From Lytechinus pictus (taxonomy: Eukaryota), in the NCBI RefSeq assembly GCF_037042905.1, contig NC_087252.1, positions 26,414,001-26,478,000 of the forward strand: DNA of 64,000 bases. Direction: 5' to 3'. The translations under genes and the position numbers were made by a program. Under the pieces are notes generated by a model. It saw only the letters and a list, made by a program, of their open reading frames with translations, had not been told where the DNA came from and made no database searches. Shown here one piece after another: positions 51,332 through 64,000 of the stretch. The stretch's first letter is position 1. Every line of letters starts with the position of its first letter.

Positions 51332-54300
51332 GAGACACCAATGAATGAAACAAATCCTGAAAATAGAATTTTGTTGATGGCAGAAATGGTTTTAATTAAT
51401 TGAGCACATTGATAATAGATGACTATTTACAAGACAAAAAAGGTGTCCATTATGGATGGAAAACTCCCAAAAATGCATTTTAAAACTTGTTGCCATTCCT
51501 ATATCAATCCTCAAAGATTACATTCGCGATAATTTCATTAATTTCTAAAAAGAGACAAGGAAAATAAAAAGTAAAAGAACATATCTACAAGAGAGTCAAT
51601 AAAAAAGGATAGTGACAGGATTGCATCATATTCGTTTGCGGCACAAAAACTAGCTGCGTACAGTGTGGTGCACAACCCCACTTGCACTTATTATGAATGC
51701 ACACAAATGTACACACCGGTGCAGTGGAAACAGGATGGGCTTACAAAGTTACATACAAAGAATCAAATTGTGTACACCTAAATTTTGTCAGTGGATACGA
51801 TCTGCACGAATCTAGGAAATGTGGGCCAATTCCTTGCTTTACAGAGTAACATTTCCAAATTATTTTCATAATCAAATAGGGATATTACAGATATCAAAAA
51901 GAAAAAAAATAGAACATTATATAACTGTGTATTATGAAGAGTGTGCAGTTTATAAAATAACTGATTTTATAACTTACAGATAATGATTTTGACATAGCTG
52001 ATGTTGAACAAGCCCTGTATAACATTATATGGGGCTCCATTCTCATAGGCTGAGTGCCTGGCAAAAAGGCAGAAGGTGCCACTTTTCTTTTATAAATCAG
52101 ACACATTTGGTGTGTATCGGTCAGGGTCAAATCTGGGTCATTGTCTGCAAACCTACTGATTTTTCACCTTACATAACGCTTTTAGCATAATGCTCGTTGC
52201 TCGTTAAAAACTTCTCAAATATTCCATTTATACCGCACTAAAATTAATTGGAAATGTTCTTCTGTAAAACCACGGGAAGTCAGTAGCCCTTCTGAGATTA
52301 ACACACATATAGCTGGAGGGGAGAGAAAAATATCATGATAGAGTAACTTTGTAAATTTTGTAGCTTGTCTTCTTAAAAAACATTTAAAAAGCTAATGCCC
52401 GATCTGGTAAAAAGTCACAATGTTGATTGCAATCGGAGTACAGCTTTATACAATACTACTAGAGAGAAAAGGGTCACCAGTGCACCAGGCTAGCTTACAG
52501 ACAGAGGCTACAAATACACTACTGCAGACGGTGTGCTACAAGACAATTTATTGCGTGGTGTGGGCTGAAATACACAAGTCCTCCTCCTCATTCACACCAC
52601 AATCCATTCTTAAAATGACTAAATTACGTTTCAAATAACGTTTCATCAAGCAATGTCTGAATGCACCAACCTGGCTCTATGCTATATGATATGAAAGTGC
52701 AATTTGAAAAATGCAGCCCATGTTTTGGGGAAAAAAATCCTGCACTTCTGAACACGACTTAATTGCAAAACAGATTAGTTTAAGATAATGTCTTTGAACT
52801 CACATTGACAAAGTGATATGTCCCTCTTAAAACGGTAGTGTGGTTTTGAAGTCTCCAGACAAGACTGACATTCAAAACTGGCTTTAATTATGGAACAATT
52901 ATGATCAAGTTTTTGTTCTGACACAACAGCCATAACCACTGATTATCATACACAAATTTGACAATCCGGTACTGCTTTATAACAAATTGTATTAAAATGA
53001 TTACCTGTTATACATATTACACAACCACATCCATGACATCCGTCAAAGAAACGTTATTCAAACCGTAAACCAGCTCACACCTGAACACATCAACGATACC
53101 CATTCATTAAATCGCATGGTTTCTTCAATGGTGTTCTTACATAAAAATGCAGAAAAGAGAAAAACGGAAATAAATAATCCATTGAGTTTACAATGCTATC
53201 GCTATGAAGTGGTGAACGTGTCGGTGTGTTTGTACATGCGTTGAAAACGGGCAGTGGTAAGTTGCTACTAAAAAGTCGCAAAACAAATAAAAGTTACCAG
53301 AAAGAATAAGCCATCTCAGAAAAGGGTTTTAAGCATTTTTTGAAAAGTTTCAACAAACGATATGCTTCAGGATTTAATGTCTACATTCCAATCTCACTCA
53401 TCATTTATCAAGAAAAATAACATTAAGTCATTGACATTTAATATTCTACATTTCCAATACGTTTTACACAGAGAGCACCTAACACGTACATGCGACAGGT
53501 TAATGGGCAGTGTAAACCCCCAGCAATTTTTCCCCCCATTTGACTAAACACAATTGGTTTTACTTCAGTTAGAAGCTTTTAAAAGTGGTGGAAAAATAAT
53601 CTAAACTATCCTACTATCTACTCAGAAAGACGAAGTCTCTCTCAAAATTGGAAGTCTTAAAAAGTAACTCTTTGTGCTCTATAATTAATTATTCAATGTT
53701 TGAAGGTGTTGTATCTTACATTGCTTGGAATTCTATGAAATAATGATGATAAAGATATTCCCACAGTAATAATGATAATGAACATATCCCCTCCCTCATA
53801 GATCTTAGTTTTTAGCATTTTATCATAGAGTGGAAGCATACACAGCAAAGTAGTTAAAATTTTCGGGTATTTGATTTCTGAAAAAAAAAAAAAAAAAAAA
53901 AAAAGAATTATGCTCATTAAATTATGACATGAACATTTTTGTATCACTATAAATCCTGAAGCATATGTGTAGGTTGGCGCCATTGAAAATAAAAAACAGA
54001 TAAAAAGTGATCGCAAATTAAAACCCATGATGCATATCATCAGTTACAAATTATTTAAAAAAGAAAATAATCCATGCATAATTCTACAATATTAAAACCT
54101 CAAAAATCAAGAATAAAAAAACAAATTATCGTGCAAAATGGTCAATACAATGGGGGGGGGGGGGGGGACATATCTGACTAAAAAACAACAACTATTGACA
54201 CAATAGCTGATAGATAATTTAAAACCAAGAGGAAATCTGAGCATAGAATAAAAGAGAAAATATTCATTATATCTGTTAAAAACCATGGAAACCATCTGCC

Positions 54301-54504
54301 ATTCATAATATTCATAATAACATTTTCAACTTTTTTTTGTGTTTTGTCGTACCCGACCTCATAATTTACTATATACATGATTCAAAAAATAGGTACAACA
54401 CGTATGCTGTTCTGTACAGTATCGTTTCCTTTCATCTACGTAAATCTCTCTTTTTAATCTTTACAGTTCTTTCATCTTTACAATGTACATAAGAGTTTGA
54501 TACA

Positions 54505-54670
54505 AAGAAGGATAGATAGATAGATAGAAGGATAGATAGATAGAACGATAAATAGATAGATAGATAAGATAGATAGAACAATAGATAGATGGATGGATTG
54601 ATAGGTGGAAAGAGAGATGAGGTGAAATATACGAAGAGTGAAATATAGAAAAATAGATAGATAGATAAAG
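54505..54670. repeat. Degenerate (GATA)n microsatellite
   Basis: Read directly. Confidence 0.9.
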
Positions 54671-57361
54671 TCCACGAGTGTGTGAGAGAGATAGAAAAAG
54701 AGAATGAAAGAATAACAGATAGAAACGCAGAAAGAACAAAGAGCTTGAAGCATGAAGAATAAAGATCAAACAAGTAATTGGAAATTACAGTTCAAATAGA
54801 CTTAGGAGAGAGATGAAACATGAAGAAAATTTGAAAAGAGGAAATAAATAGATACAAGATAACAAGGCAGGCAGCCAAATAAGAATGCAGTGACAAATGT
54901 ATAAATAATGGTGGAGAACAGCGATTTGGAGAAGAGGAAAAGTGTACATCTCAAACTCGAGGTAATCTGATCAAAATCACATTAAAATTCACCTAAACCG
55001 TACGAACCTAACTATCTACATCTACTTTGAGATAGTGAGAGAGAGAGAGAGAGAGTAAAGAGTTGCACCGGAACTGACTTGAGGAATTCCAACATATTAA
55101 AATTTACAATGTGTGACTCGTAAACAAAAAAATGGACACATCTTCCTTGGTTCCCGTGGGCAGGGGGGTAAAAAGTGATGGGGAAGGGGTAAGAGAACAA
55201 TCGTGCCCCCCCCCCCCCTCATGCCACAAAATTAATAATCATGTTAAAGATGAAATATACACCGTACCACCGTTTAAAAAAACACAGAGACCTACCCATT
55301 TCTCGGTACAAACCCATGAGACGACTTTTGTGTCAGTATTTGCTGAAAATTGTTTATGCCCTTTCAGCATTAATAAAACATGGCACTAAGAAAGGGGTAT
55401 TCGTCGCATTGTCTAAAATTTGTGTTGACATTAAGGTATAATTTATTAAAATGGAATCGTTCTGGCAATTACAATAAGAAACATTAAAAGATAAAAAAAG
55501 GGAGCAGGATTGAGATAAACATCAGAGACGTGGACACTATTTCTGTGTATTTTCATCAGAGAACACATACTTACGGAAAATTGAATATATGGGGCTATAC
55601 GGAGGTAGATTTTTTCATTTTCTCTTACTTTTATTTTACAACTCCAGTTTTGTTCACAGACACCATAAAAATAGAGCAAGTGATAAAAAAAATCATTCAC
55701 TGGCAAGAATACCTATCTAACCTCCAGAACCGGATAAAACCATAAAAACCTGGATGTACAATTTCAAAAGTTTTTAAAATGCTGTATTTCAAAAACAAAG
55801 GGTGGAGTACAGTAACTCCTTGCTACGAGAACTCCCATATTTTCATTTTTCCATACTGTAGCTTTTGATTTCGCACCCGACCGTTCGTCTCTGGATTCAC
55901 AACGTGATACACGTCGGGGGGCCTGTAGCACAAAGCTTAGCAATGATCGTACAACATTCTTTTACGATTGATTGCATTGACTACAATGTACAATTAATCG
56001 TAAAAATGAATCTTACGATTAATTGCTAACCTTTGTGTTACGGGACCCATATGGGACCTTGCAATTTTAAAAAATTGTACAGCATCAGAACGGTTGTTCC
56101 GGAGAGAAGTAAATTTTTATCATTAAATCGCAACATTTTCCCCTTTACATGTAATTCCAATACAATTTTAGGACCTCAAACTCCCTGAATACTATAATAT
56201 TAAAGCCCCCAAATCCATGAGGTCAATACAATAGATTAAATTCAATTAAGGGGCAATTCAGAATATTTGATAATCCATTCAATACTGATTTTGAAGAAAA
56301 TAGAGAAAAAGAGTGAAATAAAGAGAAATTCAGCTGCATTGCAACGGTTTTTATGATTAAAAGTTCAATCACATTAAAACAGACTTTCTTCATTCTTATC
56401 TTGTTCTGTTACTTTGAGGATTTAGAAGGAGCTTGATGTAACTTTCAAACTTCCAGAGTAAAAAAAAAAGGGATAGCCAGGGGAGTGTTTCATAAAAAAT
56501 CTTGTACGTGATTTTCACTGTTGAATTTGCTCTGAGCCAATCAGATGCAAGGATTTCGGTAGCTTATAACAGCTTATAACAGTTTCATGAAATGCTCCCC
56601 TGGAGAGAGCATTTCATTTGTCCGACAACAAGTAAGATGTGACAACCTTCCTTGATTTTGATTGGCTGAGAAATTTAAGTAATAGACTGTTACTATGGTA
56701 ACTGTCAGATAAAACAAGTCCTTGTCGGATAAATCATCATCCAAATCCTTTCATGAAAACCGTCCCTCATTAAACTTATTCTTGTCTACCTTTATTTTGA
56801 AAGCATGGTTAATATTTCTGAAATATTTTCCATTAAAAATCTTTAACGTTGGATGGAAGGCCGTGATCGTGTCATTATTTTGCTGAATACATTTAATTTC
56901 TTGAAATTTCCATACATCTGAGAAGCAGACGACGTTGAGTGGTTTCTCAATAAAAACTCATTTACTCATGAGTAGTAACAGAAACAGTCTCAAAGACTTT
57001 ACATTTGTTAAAATCGAGGTAAGATGTTTTAAAAATATACAGAAAATAGTCCGTTTTGTAAATCCATTTTTTTTCTTCAAAACTACCGATTCAGCCAAAC
57101 GATCTCCACATGTTTTCTTCTACATATGAGGTAAAAGTGAATCCTTGACGATGCAATATACATTTTCGATACGAGAAATAGTTGCAACTCCAATTAATCT
57201 GAACTCAAACCTCCAAGAACAATTAACAAAATAATCTCTGACCTTGTTCCGTGTGAGGTATATATCTGATGGTGCTATATAATTTAGTAGCAGGGTACGT
57301 GGGGTGTTCATACAAGCTGTGTAATACATCGTGATGCAGGGGGGAATGTTCATACTTAAGC

Positions 57362-57788
57362 CTGGCAAGAGTTTCACAGAATGTCTTATCACTGACTTTC
57401 ACTGACAATTTATGAATTAATTTGCCATTAGCCAAGATGCAAGGATTCGAGAAGCTTTTCAGTTTGTCTGTAAAAACTGATGATGAATCAAATTTGTGAA
57501 ACATTCCCCCAGGAGATGGGTTTACAGAATGTCTTGTCGGTGATTTATAATGGCAAATTTGATCTTAGCCAATCGGATGAAAGAATTTGAGTAGCCTTTA
57601 ACAGTTTGTCTGTAGAAATTGACGTAAATCGATTTGTGAAACTCTCCCAAGGAAAGTTCACAGGTTGACTCGTCAGTCATTATCACTGACAAATCTATTT
57701 TTGACCAATCAGATCCAGGGATTCGAGTAGCTTATAACAGCTTGACTGTGAAAATGACCGATGAATTGATCTGTGAAACACTCCCCAA
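57362..57788. repeat. Three tandem copies of a ~137-bp MITE-like unit
   Basis: CCAATCAGAT..AGGATTCGAGTAGCTT..AACAG and TTTGTGAAACA.TCCCC motifs at ~137-bp spacing; solo relatives at 56478-56602 and 19476-19601. Confidence 0.7.
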
Positions 57789-58666
57789 GTTCTGGTAACA
57801 GACACGACCGTTCAGGGTTGGCACAATTAAAAATATTTTCTTACAAAAACACATTTTACATTGATTTAAAATATTTATAAAAAAGATGTCAAATGTATTA
57901 AAACAACCGCCACCCTGCTACTGACTGTGTAGGGTAATGGTAATGTAAGAGATCGGGTAGTGCTAAAAACCATGAAGTGATCTTGTGCAGCCTGGTGTTG
58001 CCAACTCAAAGAATTCCGACACTTCAAAAGATGAAACACATGGAACACCGACTTATAAATGTGCCTTTCGCGAGGCAAAACATTCTGTGGATGATTGATT
58101 AGAGTGGTAGAGTTCTTGGGAATTCCATGGTGCTCCATAGTTGATGATGTAGTGAGAACTGCGACAGGCTCCGGACCGTTTCTAGGAAATATCCACAAGG
58201 ATGAGGTTTTATGAGGTTTATGAAGAGGGGGGGAAAGGTAGGAGACGGCTCCTGAGATGGGTTCCTCTCATCGATGGGGTACGTTGTAACCAGTTTGTAG
58301 AGATCACCACGACGATGCGAAATTCACGGTGATGATGCCTATTTGTATCATATTGCTACCTGAGCCCAGACCTTACTACATGGACAGCCAAGACGTGATC
58401 CTATTGAGATTCTTCGCTATGTCTTTCAACTCTTTGGACGTTTCCTGTTGCTATGTTTCTACAGACACGGAGCTATGACTTCGTTGACTACATTTCCAAA
58501 AGCAATAGCAAGCTTGACGAGATATATAACCACCACCACTACAACAAGCCTGAGGGCGACATTTATTCGCGATACCGGTACAAGGGGTGATTCTCAGAAG
58601 TGTAAGCCGACTAACTACCAAAGGGTCCTAAAAAGTTGGTGAATGAGATCGAGTCCTCAGCAGATG

Positions 58667-59469
58667 TCAATGCGACGCTACCGGGCTCTGTTGAACACAC
58701 ACCCCTACCATCGGCGAATCATCCGCTTGCCTCGTCGTTTGAGAGTTCACAAGCCCCGTACTCACGGCCGACTGCACCGGCAACGCGAACGCATACGGGA
58801 CACTGCTCGTCCCGCTCACATTACTCGTCAACGCGATACCCCCCGTCCCCGTCGTCGTCCCGTGTAAATGGGGATTGTTTATAAGCGTCTGTTGCGTCGA
58901 CGACGACGGGTGGTGGTGAGTCGGTATTGCATAAGCGCCCATAGGCATGTTTAACGAACCACTACTTAACGAGCTGCTCTGAGTATTCTCCAGCGAACTG
59001 TGCGAGGAATACACGTAACCCGGCGTCGTGACGATACCAGCCTGATGCACGTGCGGCATCCCCATTGTCACCGGTATCGTCGGAATACCCATTGTCACTA
59101 TAGGAGCTTGAATCACAGTCTGAGATAAATTCACATTGCTGGCCGGAACAGCTGGCGACGGGAGGCTATGTCCATGCGACGAGTGATGATGGTGGTGCTT
59201 GCGACTATGCGAGTGGGGATGGGGATACGTATGCGAGCTAGAGTGTCCACGAGCACTGCTCGACGATGACGCAAACACGACGTCCCCGCTCGACATCCCC
59301 GAAGTCAAGCTGGAGTGCGATGACATTGATTCATAGTCCATAGTTCCCGATGAGTTGCCAGCGTGCTGGTGTCCGAGGGCGTGGTTTGTAGTGCTATTCT
59401 GATGGGTGGGGTCAGACTGCGCCCTTCCACCGGACCCAGAGCCGTGGTTGGAGCCCCCTGTAGCCCCTC
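58667..59469 (-). CDS. DYRK1A: DYRK1A-like kinase, last coding exon (low-complexity C-terminal tail)
   Basis: cattcag acceptor, phase 1; encodes GGATGGSNHGSGSGGRAQSDPTHQ, a His-rich tract and terminal DDSPMVGVCVQQSPVASH*, matching vertebrate DYRK1A GRARSDPTHQ and SPMTGVCVQQSPVASS; TGA at 58667-58669. Confidence 0.93.
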
Positions 59470-59572
59470 CTGAATGTGAACAAAATAAATGACATGTTTT
59501 CAGAATGCATTTAATTTCTATATCCATCATATATTTCATTTATTTTCAAGATTTGTTTCTTGTATACCCATT

Positions 59573-59885
59573 GGCCCGTATTCTGAAGTCAGGTTTAACT
59601 TAGACCATGGTCTAACTCTGTGCTGAAATTATGGGAAGCCAAACATGTCAAAATTTTTATTAAGTTGTATGTTTCTTATGTTTACTGTGCTCTTTCCTGA
59701 TTCATCGATGGTGACGACAATCATCTATTTATATACTTCCTAGACAATTATGAATGATTTGAGAGCCAAATGAGCTGAAATGTGATATCTCTTCCGTTAG
59801 TGATTTATGTAACAATTGGCTATCCATACTTAAACCACAAATTTAAACCTGAGTTTAAGTTAAACCCGACTTCAGAATACGGGCC
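59573..59885. mobile_element. Family C MITE copy in the last DYRK1A intron
   Basis: GGCCCGTATTCTGAAGTC / GACTTCAGAATACGGGCC. Confidence 0.85.
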
Positions 59886-60291
59886 AATGTGTTAAATTTG
59901 TGGTCTCCCAGTCTGATCAATGTTTGGACTAGTTGAGGTACTATTGGACCTATTCAATCAATAAATTCCTTGCTTTAATCAATCCAAACATATTGCTATT
60001 CTTTCTCTTTTCAAGATTCTTTTCTTCCATACCTGAGCTAGACCCCAAACGGGCGCTCAGCATGACTCCCAAGAATGGTCTATAACAAAGGTAATATTGG
60101 ACTGACCTGTCAATTTCTTGATCTATGCAATCAATCCAAATTTAACAATATCCATTCAATTTTCAAAACTTTGTCTTGGCTACCTGAACTCAGTGGGCAG
60201 ACAACCTGTACCGATCGCACAGACACATTGTTAGCGCTAACAGAGGCTCTGTTACAACCGGTAATGTGTCAGCAATGCTCAATGTTACAAA

Positions 60292-60560
60292 TAATAATAA
60301 ATAATATAGGATTTGTATAGCGCACGTATCCACCTTGCTAGGTGCTCCTATATTACCCCGGCTAAGCTAGTCTACCGATTCTGGTGCGCACAGCTTTTTG
60401 AGGAATTACTTCCTGCCGGTACCCATTTACCTCACCTGAATCGAGTGCAGCACAGTGTGGATAAATTTCTTGCTGAAGGAAAACACGCCATGGCTAGGAT
60501 TCGAACCCACGACCCTCTGTTTGAAAGGCGAGAGTCAGAACCACTAGACCACAACGCGCC
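60292..60560 (-). mobile_element. Full-length tRNA-derived SINE in a DYRK1A intron
   Basis: Minus strand: A box TGGTCTAGTGG, B box GGTTCGAATCC, GAGGTAAATGGGTACC core, (TTA)n tail. Confidence 0.85.
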
Positions 60561-60750
60561 CACAACAGTGAATTACTTACATATTGAAATAAATTTTTTG
60601 ACTGCACAATCTGAAAATTGTGACTGGGTTTCCTGTTAGGCTAACAACGTTTCTGTGCGGCCGAGACAGGCGTATTGCTGAGCTAGCTGACATGCAAATG
60701 AATCGATCTATAAATCAATCAATCAATTTCTTAATCTATTTATTCAATCA

Positions 60751-61008
<258 letters not shown>

Positions 61009-61099
61009 TTAATTATTCAGGTTTTTTAATTAATTAATTATAAGGTTTTATCCTGACAGCGGGATCATACTCCAACATCCTACATAAAAAAAGGAAGCA

Positions 61100-61700
61100 T
61101 TAAAGATCAAGTCCACCCCAGAAAAATGTTTATTTTAATAAATAGAGAAAGATCAAGCTAGCATAATGCTGAAAATTTCATCAAAATCAGATGTAAAATA
61201 AGAAAGTTATGACATTGTAAAGTTTCGCTTATTTTTCATAAAACAGTGATATGCACAACTCAGTGACATGCAAATGAGACAGTCGATGTCCATCACTCAC
61301 TTTTTCTTTTGTTTTTTATTGTTTGAATTATACAATATTTCATTTTTTACAGATTTGACAATAAGGACCAACTTTACTAAACCACATAGTATTAAACAAT
61401 GCTAATCCCACACGTACAGGGAGGAATTAATCGTGGTTTTACTCGACAATGAGGAGAAAATTCGAATATTTCATGTGATAAAATACAAAAGAAATGGTGA
61501 GTGGATGATGTTATTAGTCTCCTCATTTGCATACCGACCAGTATTTGCATGAAACTGTTTTGTGAAATTAAGCGAAACTTTAAAATTTCATTACTTTCTT
61601 ATATTACATCCGATTTTAATGAAAATTTCATTGTTTTGCTTGTTGGATTTTTCTCTTTTAATTCAAATCAATTTTTTGTTGGGGTGGACTTGTCCTTTAA
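61100..61700. mobile_element. Family B element, full length, TTAA-flanked
   Basis: TTAA|AGATCAAGTCCACCCCA ... TGGGGTGGACTTGTCCT|TTAA. Confidence 0.85.
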
Positions 61701-62316
61701 TTATACTTGATTTTCATGGGGTCGCACTCCAAAATCCTACATACAACATTCGAATGATGAAATGTATTTTAATTTCAAGGAATTGTACTATAACAGTCTA
61801 CATAAGAAAATTGGATGAAGTATTAACAGAATTTAAAGGATTTGTACTTCAACATCCTACAAAAAAAAATTGGAAGGATAGAACATATTTTGATTTGCAA
61901 GGAATTGCACTCTTACATCCTGCATAAGTAAATTGAAAGGATAGAATATACATATGAAATATTGTCTCAAAATGACCTTTGACCTTGGTCTAGTCACCTG
62001 ACATTACATTCATCTAATCGCGATCACTTATGTAATTTTTATGAATAGAGACATAGAGAGATAAGTTTTAGAGTTTTTTTTTAAATAGAAAATATTTATT
62101 ACAAAGAAAAACAAGCAGTAATATGGTTGCAGCGCAGTGGTTTGCAGCTCATGGGCCCCATTGCATAAGAGTTACTGTTGTTTCTTTGTCTTCTGATGGT
62201 AATTACCATGGCAACAGCCAATCAAAATCAAATATTTCAGGGAAGTTACCGTTGGATGGCAAAGTTACTATAAGAGTAACTTATGTGCACCAGGGTCCTG
62301 ATCATACTAAATCCTA

Positions 62317-62484
<168 letters not shown>

Positions 62485-62530
62485 TTACCAAACCGAGTTT
62501 CTGCCATAGTGGCCTTATGTTACAGAGATA

Positions 62531-62759
62531 CAGTGGTACCGGTACTAATAAAAAGTTAGTGAACCCCACCAGAAAATAGACATATTTAAAAGTGTTCAAG
62601 TTCTGTCATGCTTAATATAGATATTAGATTGTGAAGTCAGGTGATGGCATGTTTGTTTCTCTCGGCTCGCCGGACATTGTAGCATTGTTGTCTACATTCA
62701 ACACTCAGCATGAAGGAGTGCATTTTCTAGTGGGGTTCACTAACTTTTGAGCACCACTG
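62531..62759. mobile_element. Tc1/mariner-like MITE
   Basis: TA|CAGTGGT...AAAAGTTAGTGAACCCCAC / GTGGGGTTCACTAACTTTTGAGCACCACTG; sits between two copies of CTGCCATAGTGGCCTTATGTTACAGAGA (62501, 62785). Confidence 0.7.
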
Positions 62760-64000
62760 AAAGTTTGATGACAAAACTGAGTCCCTGCCATAGTGGCCTT
62801 ATGTTACAGAGAAATATCCAGTGTCCTGCATTCATTTCATATTCAAATGCATAATTTGTTAACTTATTGAATACTAAATACTGTAATTCCCATAGATTTT
62901 GTACAGGTGCCACCCGGTTCCAGCTGACAAAGGGTTGACATCCGTTTCCTGTTTTATCTGTGGTGTGGGGGATATCAAATAGGAAGAGCTGAAAAGGCCG
63001 AAGTGTTGAAATTGGAAGAATGCTGGAGTGTCACAGTTCCATGTTATTTTTAAGTCTTTTAATGGAAAATGGAAAATAATTGAATGAAAATGAATGATAA
63101 TAAGAAGAATTTTAGTTATTTGTGTATATGAATATAAAAATGACACAAGTCTATGATGTTTCAGTTCATTTTGTTTATATTTAATTGGGATTTTGTTCAG
63201 CATTTCATTCCTTACTGCCATTTCTGGGAGGACTTTCGGGACATGAACCACACACACGATGGACTCATGTATATGCAATAATTTCCAATGTGTATTTACT
63301 CAATTTCATGTAGCGAGATGGACTTAGGTTGTATTTATATTTGTGTACTTATTCACGGCAGGGGAAAAAAAATTAAATGGAGGCTCGGGCGATCTTGCCC
63401 CCGAAATGTTCCAAAAGAGCTCTGGAAACTGGCAACCTTTTCTAGTTCAAGCTGTGTGTGGTTGAATACACTGAACTTTATATAAAGAGGGAAAAGAGGG
63501 GAACAAAGAAAAGGTTGTACAAAAAAAGCGAAAAGCTATTAACCGCACCTATTTCTGTTACAAAACGACGTGTAAAGTTTGACACATGAATTTTAAAAAG
63601 AGGTAGCGCTCACGTTTTGGATCCTAAAATTGGCAATAATGAAAAGCTTCATGCCTTCATTTCCATACAAATTGGCAATTAGCTTTTCGATAGTACCTGG
63701 CTGTAAGTAATCTGATCACGTGCATGGCTTACATGAAACAAAACATAGAACACATGCAGGAAATAACATCAGTGTTGCCAATTTGAATAGTACCAATTTG
63801 ATTTGGAAACATGATTAATTTGTATCTTTCTTTTTCCATCCTGACTTTTTTTTTGTACCAAATTCTTCTCAATTCTGATAAAAAAAAGCAACACATGCCG
63901 AAATTAGAATCAGTGTTACCAATTTACCGAGCACCAAGTTGACGAAGAAACAATGATTCTCAATTTTGAAATAATCAAACATAGCAATGGGTGCAGATAT

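Noticed and set aside
50461..51403. Poly-His, poly-Ile/Thr, poly-Met/Val and poly-Asp/Gly ORFs of 190-266 aa
   Set aside because: All arise from one (CAT/CAC)n repeat that stays open in several frames on both strands; no splice or domain evidence. The poly-His frame is antisense to DYRK1A and unrelated to its His tract.
59470..59539. N-terminal MKYMMDIEIK... part of the 290-aa ORF
   Set aside because: Intronic read-through upstream of the acceptor at 59470-59471; likewise the tail of ORF 60748-60987 beyond the donor.

Overview
AT-rich animal genomic DNA, not prokaryotic. The repeat landscape and gene sequences look like an invertebrate deuterostome, most plausibly a sea urchin (inference, not proven). 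Two intron-containing genes lie on the minus strand. (1) The last three coding exons of a DYRK1A/minibrain kinase orthologue (62318-62448, 60816-60988, 58667-59469); earlier exons are beyond the right edge. (2) About 12 kb downstream, the first three coding exons (46457-46659, 25155-25246, 16338-16469) of a secreted fibrillin/LTBP-family-like protein (signal peptide, 4-Cys FUN-like domain, EGF-like domain), which continues beyond the left edge. All junctions are GT-AG and phase-compatible. The rest is intronic or intergenic and dense with non-autonomous DNA transposons (TTAA-flanked Kolobok-like, 3-bp-TSD Harbinger-like, 6- and 8-bp-TSD hAT-like, Tc1-like, foldback-type, Helentron-like), tRNA-derived SINEs and simple repeats. 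Nearly all ORF-track entries are spurious. I see no autonomous transposase, CRISPR array or clearly new multi-gene system. The most unusual signal is that introns of both genes contain decayed tandem copies ('echoes') of their own exon/intron junctions, including intact-looking splice sites. A tandem duplication also gives in-window empty/filled-site pairs for two transposons.
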